A stretch of DNA of 64,000 nt from a virus (taxonomy: Duplodnaviria; Heunggongvirae; Uroviricota; Caudoviricetes), in IMG/VR virus record IMGVR_UViG_3300036770_004943, positions 1 through 64,000 of that record; one strand, given 5' to 3'. The notes beneath the pieces are model-generated. The model was not told where the DNA came from. It saw only the letters and a list, made by a program, of their open reading frames with translations, and searched no databases. Below, one piece after another: positions 58,570-64,000 of this stretch. The translations under genes and the position numbers were made by a program. Position 1 is the stretch's first letter. Each line of letters begins with the position of its first letter.

Positions 58570-59136
58570 ATGAAAATGAAAATAAATAAAAAAGAGGTTT
58601 ACTCACAAAAAATGGATTTTTTTGATTACGATATCAAAGCATACCCATATTTGAAAATGGATAGAGAACACTATAAATTGTTAACTTATTTAACCAAATC
58701 AATTGACGGTATAACTATTATAGATGCCGGTACCAGTCAAGGACATTCTTGTTTAGCACTAGCACAAAATGAGAAAAATAAAGTTATAACTTATGATATT
58801 TTTGATAAACATTTTTCTTTTTTTGAATCTCATAAAAATATAGAGTTCAAAAAAATGGACATAAATAATGAATCACCGATAATAATTAAATCAGCTAAAA
58901 TTATACTATTGGATATTGATCCACATGACGGAATCCAAGAAATTAAATTTACAAATTACCTAAAAGAGATAGGATATAAAGGTTATGTCATATGTGATGA
59001 TATTAATTTAAACCAGCCTATGCGTAATTGGTGGAATTCTATCGATATTGAAAAATATGATGTAACAGACATAGGTCACGGTACTGGTACCGGTATTATA
59101 AATTATAATGATGAAAAAATTTTAATAAGTGAATAA
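58570..59136 (+). CDS. Putative SAM-dependent methyltransferase (the ORF track extends the start to 58501, overlapping the fucosyltransferase gene).
   Basis: ITIIDAGTSQGHSCLALAQ resembles methyltransferase motif I (hhDhGcGxG). Later ILLDIDPHDG. A CmcI/sugar O-methyltransferase-like context. Confidence 0.45.
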   Translation: MKMKINKKEVYSQKMDFFDYDIKAYPYLKMDREHYKLLTYLTKSIDGITIIDAGTSQGHSCLALAQNEKNKVITYDIFDKHFSFFESHKNIEFKKMDINNESPIIIKSAKIILLDIDPHDGIQEIKFTNYLKEIGYKGYVICDDINLNQPMRNWWNSIDIEKYDVTDIGHGTGTGIINYNDEKILISE

Positions 59137-59962
59137 AGTTGTTTTTAATCTGATTGATGACAGTTTTAGTCATCACATGTCAGAATCACAAACAGATTCA
59201 ACAGTAGCTGGAAGAAATCCAGAATATGTTAAATGGGATAGGAGTTTATCTAACAAAAATAGACCAACTTTTTATACCAATGAAAAAATTTTAAACGCAA
59301 AAGGTGGAGATAATAGTTACGGTATTATATATGAATCTAGATCTATTATACCTAATACATACACAGAAGTTGAAAAAATAATACCTAAATTAAAGGTTAT
59401 GTTTACACATAATTCTGAATTCTTAAATAAATACCCAAATTGTAAGTGGATACCTGGCGGTGGTATATGGGTGGGGGGTAATTATGGAAAGGGTGAAAAT
59501 AAGATTCATAAAAAAACTAAAATATGTTCCATAGTTTCATCAAACAAAAGAATGTGTGAGTTACATAATTTTAGATTAAATGTGGTTAAAAATGTTATAA
59601 ATAACCCAAAAATCGAAACCTTTGGGTTTACCACTGGTTGGCGACCAATTTATGAAAGTTTACATGATTTTATGTTTTCTATTGTTATAGAAAATTTTAA
59701 AGACGATATGTATTTTACCGAAAAAATATTAAATTGTTTTGCCACGGGGACTATACCGATTTATTTAGGTGCTAAAAATATCAGTGAAAGATTTAATGTG
59801 GATGGTATAATAACTTTTGAATCTATAGAAGAATTAAACCATATTTTACCGTCATTAGATCAAGAATTTTATTTAAGTAAAATGTACGCAATAAAAGATA
59901 ATTTTCAAAGGGTAAAAAATTATAATTGTATAGAAGATTACATTGTTAAAAATTATTTCTAA
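59129..59962 (+). CDS. Family 10 alpha-1,3(/4)-fucosyltransferase (GTG start per ORF track; alternative ATG at 59177).
   Basis: FMFSIVIENFKDDMYFTEKILNCFATGTIPIYLGAKNISERFNVDGIITF is a near-complete match to the GT10 motif FKFNLCFENSQGYGYVTEKIIDAYFSHTIPIYWGSPSVAKDFNPKSFVNV of Helicobacter FucT. Confidence 0.8.
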   Translation: MNKVVFNLIDDSFSHHMSESQTDSTVAGRNPEYVKWDRSLSNKNRPTFYTNEKILNAKGGDNSYGIIYESRSIIPNTYTEVEKIIPKLKVMFTHNSEFLNKYPNCKWIPGGGIWVGGNYGKGENKIHKKTKICSIVSSNKRMCELHNFRLNVVKNVINNPKIETFGFTTGWRPIYESLHDFMFSIVIENFKDDMYFTEKILNCFATGTIPIYLGAKNISERFNVDGIITFESIEELNHILPSLDQEFYLSKMYAIKDNFQRVKNYNCIEDYIVKNYF

Positions 59963-60632
59963 AATGGGTAGAGTAGTTTATATAACATATGCAACAGGAG
60001 AAAAATATTTAAAAAAGGCTGAAAATATTTTACCAGACGTATCAAAATATTTTGATGAGGTTTTATTATATAAAAAAGAAGATATTATAGAAAATTTTTA
60101 CGTTAAAAATAAAAAAATACTTGAATGTGAACGAGGTGCTGGTTATTGGTTATGGAAACCTTATTTTATTTTAAAAACATTAAAAAACCTAGAAGAAAAT
60201 GATATTGTTTTTTACCTAGATTTAGGTGATAGATTATTTAATGATATTAAAAATTTTATAATCAATAAAACCTCAGTAAATGAAGGTTTTTTCCTCGTAG
60301 AAGGTTCACATAACCACTCTATATGGACTAAAAAAGATTGTTTTCATCTAATGGGTTGTGATAGTAATGAATACACAAAAGCGAGACAATTAGAAGCTGG
60401 TTGTTGTGCGTTTACTAAAAATGATAAAAGTATTAAATTTGTTGAAGAATGGTTAAAATTTTGTGAAAATTATGATATAATTTCAAACGAATCTAAATTA
60501 CCTAATGTAAACGGTTTTAGGGAACATAGGTTTGATCAAAGTATTTTAACTAATTTAAAGATAAAACACAATATAAAAACTGTCTCTATCAATGAGGTCT
60601 GCGGTTATGTTAATTTTAATGAATTTTTTTAA
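59943..60632 (+). CDS. Hypothetical protein (229 aa) in glycan island. Glycosyltransferase-like role suspected from position only.
   Basis: ORF overlapping neighbours at both ends. No motif recognised. Confidence 0.4.
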   Translation: MLKIISKMGRVVYITYATGEKYLKKAENILPDVSKYFDEVLLYKKEDIIENFYVKNKKILECERGAGYWLWKPYFILKTLKNLEENDIVFYLDLGDRLFNDIKNFIINKTSVNEGFFLVEGSHNHSIWTKKDCFHLMGCDSNEYTKARQLEAGCCAFTKNDKSIKFVEEWLKFCENYDIISNESKLPNVNGFREHRFDQSILTNLKIKHNIKTVSINEVCGYVNFNEFF

Positions 60633-61300
60633 TGATAGTAGGTAATGGTTTAATTGCTAAAAATTTACACCCTATTGATAAAAAAGATATTTTATTTTTT
60701 GCATCAGGGGTGTCTAATTCTATGTGTAACGATAGAGATGAGTATGATAGAGAATTTGATTTACTAAAAAAACACATAAATTCTAATAAAAAATTAGTGT
60801 ATTTTAGCTCTATAGACGAATATATCGTTAATGAACAATATTTAAATCATAAAAAAAAAATCGAAGAATTTATAAAAAATAATGTCGATAATTTTATAAT
60901 AATAAAAATACCCCAACTTATAGGGAAAAACGGTAATCCTAATAATTTTATAAATCACATTTATAACAACATTAAAAATAATACTGAGTTCGATGTTTTT
61001 TTAACAAAAAGAAGTTTATTAGACGTAGAAGATTTAATAAAAATTTTAAATTTTTTAATTAAAAAAAAATTTAATGGGGTTTTTGACATAAACTACGTAG
61101 AACTCATGTATGTTAATGATTTTATTAAAATAATAGAAGACATTGTTAATAAAAAAGTGAAAATTAAAAATACTATAAAAATAGAACAAGATATTAAAAA
61201 AAATAGTGTTTTCGTTGAAACAGTGTTAACAAAAATAATAAAAGAAAAGAAATCTTATAATTTAAAAATAATAAAAAAATATTTTAATGAAAAAAATTAG
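60632..61300 (+). CDS. Short-chain NAD(P)-binding epimerase/reductase-like protein (222 aa), weak.
   Basis: N-terminal MIVGNGLIAKNL (Rossmann GxGxxA) and DILFFASGVSNS...KLVYFSSIDEYI resemble RmlD/epimerase layout. Confidence 0.35.
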   Translation: MIVGNGLIAKNLHPIDKKDILFFASGVSNSMCNDRDEYDREFDLLKKHINSNKKLVYFSSIDEYIVNEQYLNHKKKIEEFIKNNVDNFIIIKIPQLIGKNGNPNNFINHIYNNIKNNTEFDVFLTKRSLLDVEDLIKILNFLIKKKFNGVFDINYVELMYVNDFIKIIEDIVNKKVKIKNTIKIEQDIKKNSVFVETVLTKIIKEKKSYNLKIIKKYFNEKN

Positions 61301-62060
61301 TTGTTTACTAACAATACATAATAAAGATTTTTTAATAGGTAGGGTAGTCAATTCCCTAATAAATAACCTGTCTGAAAATACAAATCAATTAATAGTTGTA
61401 TTTGACGGTTGTACTGATAATAGTGAGTCGATAGTTAAAGAAACGTTAAAACCATTAAAAAATAAAAAAATAGATTATGTATACACCGATAATGTTTTTG
61501 AAACTAAAGCTAATAATGCCGGGTTAAAACTTGTCGATAACGATTTTGTTGTTATGTTACAAGATGATATGGTTATAAATGAAAAAAATTTTGAGTTAAG
61601 GATGTTGGAACCTTTTTTAAAATTTAATGATGTTTTTGCCGTAACTTCTTTTGTGGCACATAATAATATATACAATGAAACAACAAAAGAAATTAATTAT
61701 ATAGACATGGCTTTTAAAAAAAACTCTAATAGAAACATATTCTACGCTAGAGAATACGGTAATAGGGGTCCTTTAATGTATGATTATAGAGATGTTGTTA
61801 AATTAAACTTTTTAGATGAATATTTTTCACCACAAAATTATGATGATATGGATATATCCATGAGAGCTTTTAAGGAGTTAAATAAAATTTCAGGACTGTA
61901 TTGGGTTGACTATATCTCCGATTTAAGTTGGGGTACCTCTAGGAGAAACCCGAATCCAATTTTAAATAACATACATATAATAAATGCGGCGAAAATATTG
62001 GAAAAACATAAAGATTTATTGTATAGTAATAATAAATTTATAGAAAATAGAATAATGTAA
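61287..62060 (+). CDS. Family 2 glycosyltransferase.
   Basis: ISCLLTIHNKDFLIGRVVNSLINN...LIVVFDGCTDNS (GT2 N-terminal signature) and MLQDDMV. Confidence 0.6.
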   Translation: MKKISCLLTIHNKDFLIGRVVNSLINNLSENTNQLIVVFDGCTDNSESIVKETLKPLKNKKIDYVYTDNVFETKANNAGLKLVDNDFVVMLQDDMVINEKNFELRMLEPFLKFNDVFAVTSFVAHNNIYNETTKEINYIDMAFKKNSNRNIFYAREYGNRGPLMYDYRDVVKLNFLDEYFSPQNYDDMDISMRAFKELNKISGLYWVDYISDLSWGTSRRNPNPILNNIHIINAAKILEKHKDLLYSNNKFIENRIM

Positions 62061-62061
62061 T

Positions 62062-62649
62062 ATGAAAATTAAACCGTCAGATAGTTCAGAATGGTATAGA
62101 GTAAACGGTGATAATACCTATAGAGTTAATTATGATTTAAATGAAAATTCAATAGTTGTTGATTTAGGTGCCAGACACGGACATTGGTCCGATATTATAA
62201 GAAAAAAATACAACCCCAAAATATACTGTTTTGAAGTTGTTGAAAAATTCTGCGAAGAATTAAAACTTAAAAATTATGAAACTTTTTGTTTAGCGGTTTC
62301 TGATAAATACGATAAAATATCTTTAGGTATATTAGATTCTGAGGCATCTATTTTTTATAAAGACTCATCTTTTAATGTAGATTCCATACCTGCAACTAGT
62401 ATATTTAAATTAATAAATCAGGAAAATATTGATTTAATTAAAATCAATGTTGAAGGGGCCGAATACCCTATATTAAAAAATTTAATAAATAACGGTGATA
62501 TTACTAAAATAAAAAATTTGCAAATACAATTTCATTTATTTGATGGTGTTGAAAATAGTGAATACGATGGTATAATTAAAGAATTAAGTAAAACACATAA
62601 ACTGTCCTGGAGGTTTCCATTTGTTTGGGAAAACTGGGAAGTAATATAA
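62062..62649 (+). CDS. FkbM-family methyltransferase.
   Basis: IVVDLGARHGHWSDII...KIYCFEVVEKFCEELKLKN...FCLAVSDKYDKISLG follows the Methyltransf_21 pattern (hDhGAnhG..., ..hyafEP, ..alsd..g...l). Confidence 0.55.
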   Translation: MKIKPSDSSEWYRVNGDNTYRVNYDLNENSIVVDLGARHGHWSDIIRKKYNPKIYCFEVVEKFCEELKLKNYETFCLAVSDKYDKISLGILDSEASIFYKDSSFNVDSIPATSIFKLINQENIDLIKINVEGAEYPILKNLINNGDITKIKNLQIQFHLFDGVENSEYDGIIKELSKTHKLSWRFPFVWENWEVI

Positions 62650-62665
62650 TAAATAATAATAAAAA

Positions 62666-63304
62666 ATGGTAGAATCATACTCACAATGCGGACAAGATTT
62701 GTTCGTTTTTAACATACTAAAAAATAAGAAAGGAACTTTTTTAGATTTAGGTTGTAATTTACCTAAAAAAATAAATAATACTTATTTACTTGAATTAAAT
62801 GGTTGGTACGGTATTTCATTAGATATTATAGATTATAGTGAAAATTGGAAAGAAAGAAGTACTAAATTTATTAATATTGATTGTTTTAGTATAGATTACA
62901 AATCTTTTTTACCTAATTATTATGAGGATAAAGTTATAGACTACTTATCTTTAGATATGGAAAAAGTTGGTGAAAGGTATAAACTTTTAGCTAAATTATT
63001 AGAAACAGATTACGACTTTAAAGTAATAACTATAGAACATGATTCACATTTAGGTAATGACTTTATAGTTAATGAAAGAACACCACAAAGAGAACTATTA
63101 ACTAATAAAGGTTACATTTTATTATGTTCAAATGTTTCACAAAAGCAACACCCTAATTTATTCTATGAAGATTGGTGGGTTAACCCGAATTTTTTTAATG
63201 AAGAAGAGTTAAAACCCTTGTATTCAAATGAGGAAAGTTGTGATAGAATATTAAAAAAATTAAATGTAGAATATACTATTAACGAAATTTCACAAAAATG
63301 GTAA
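62666..63304 (+). CDS. FkbM-like methyltransferase-like protein (212 aa), weak.
   Basis: TFLDLGCNLPKKIN...GISLDII resembles an FkbM-type motif I. Last gene of the island. Confidence 0.35.
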   Translation: MVESYSQCGQDLFVFNILKNKKGTFLDLGCNLPKKINNTYLLELNGWYGISLDIIDYSENWKERSTKFINIDCFSIDYKSFLPNYYEDKVIDYLSLDMEKVGERYKLLAKLLETDYDFKVITIEHDSHLGNDFIVNERTPQRELLTNKGYILLCSNVSQKQHPNLFYEDWWVNPNFFNEEELKPLYSNEESCDRILKKLNVEYTINEISQKW

Positions 63305-63308
63305 AAAT

Positions 63309-64000
63309 ATGACAAAAAAAAGAAACAGAAAGTTAACACAAGAAGATGTTGACACAATAAATGAATTTAACATTAGTAAACAAAATGACGATAACTTATT
63401 TAGTCATATAAAAATAAACATACAACCTAAAACTGAAAACCAAAAAAAGCTAGTGTATGCTATTACAAATAATGAAATTACTATAGCTTCAGGTTTACCA
63501 GGTACTGGAAAAACTTTTTTAGCTTGTGCTGAAGCTTTAAAATTAGTTAAAGACACTAAAAACCCCTATCAAAAAATAATTTTAGTTAAATCTGTGACTA
63601 CTTTAAAGGATGAAGAAATTGGTTTTTTAAAAGGTACAATGGAAGAAAAAATGGAACCGTTTATGGATTCTTTTTTGGATAATTTTCATAAAATTATTGG
63701 TGAGTCTAATACCACAAAATTAAGAAACATGGGACTTATTCAAATCAAACCAATAGCTTATGTTCGTGGTAGAAGTATCGATAAGTCGGTAATTATTATA
63801 GATGAGGCACAAAATGTGACTTTAGATAACATGAGAACTTTAATGACACGTATTGGTGATAACTCTAAAATTATCATCCTTGGTGATGTTAAACAAAAAG
63901 ATATTCGCAATAAAAAAGAAAGTTCCCTTGAAGTTGTGATAGAAAGATTTAAAAATAAACCTGGTTTTGGTACAGTTGAACTTAGAAATGAAGAGGATAT
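63309..64000 (+). CDS. phoH: PhoH-family ATPase (partial, runs off window end).
   Basis: Walker A ASGLPGTGKTFLA, then IIIIDEAQNVTLDNMRTLMTRIGDNSKIIILGD (DEAQN Walker B region) typical of PhoH. Confidence 0.8.
   Translation, partial: MTKKRNRKLTQEDVDTINEFNISKQNDDNLFSHIKINIQPKTENQKKLVYAITNNEITIASGLPGTGKTFLACAEALKLVKDTKNPYQKIILVKSVTTLKDEEIGFLKGTMEEKMEPFMDSFLDNFHKIIGESNTTKLRNMGLIQIKPIAYVRGRSIDKSVIIIDEAQNVTLDNMRTLMTRIGDNSKIIILGDVKQKDIRNKKESSLEVVIERFKNKPGFGTVELRNEED

Overview
The window is AT-rich (about one-third GC) and reads as one contiguous piece of a large contractile-tailed (myovirus-type) phage genome. Genes are dense and mostly overlapping. No rRNA, tRNA, CRISPR, integrase or transposase was seen, and no capsid, portal or terminase gene falls in this window.

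Layout:
- 1-25289, mostly minus strand: a tail module. Transcription order on the minus strand is tail fibers (21163-23277, 19516-21042), a tandem array of six paralogous ~200-aa genes (15164-18895), tail sheath (12038-14842), gp19-like tail tube (8034-8522), a homing-endonuclease-like insertion (7082-7966), two large putative chaperone genes, and a partial tape-measure gene (1-2324).
- Embedded antisense cassettes on the plus strand, bounded by hairpin terminators: ClpP-like protease, small membrane protein and SPFH/stomatin-like protein (8650-10812), and an M42/M20-type metallopeptidase (5156-6127).
- 25369-44870: an SNF2 helicase followed by a very large receptor-binding arsenal. It includes a YadA-head-like 14-aa repeat fiber, a 1459-aa repeat protein, three LamG-like paralogs and a 1281-aa fiber.
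- 45733-54522, plus strand: a replication/nucleotide block with family B DNA polymerase, a stand-alone DnaQ-like exonuclease, dUTPase and an HslV-like Ntn hydrolase.
- 54764-63304: a roughly 9 kb glycan-biosynthesis island of GT2, GT25, GT11 alpha-1,2-fucosyltransferase and GT10 alpha-1,3-fucosyltransferase genes, with FkbM-family, FkbM-like and SAM-dependent methyltransferases and an SDR-like gene. It ends in a partial phoH.

The most novel candidates are the fucosyl-glycan (Lewis-antigen-like) synthesis cassette, the six-gene paralog array, the protease plus SPFH membrane module inside the tail operon, and a ribbon-helix-helix regulator with operator-like repeats next to a conserved late-promoter motif.

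All functional calls rest on motifs I read directly in the translations. I ran no database search.
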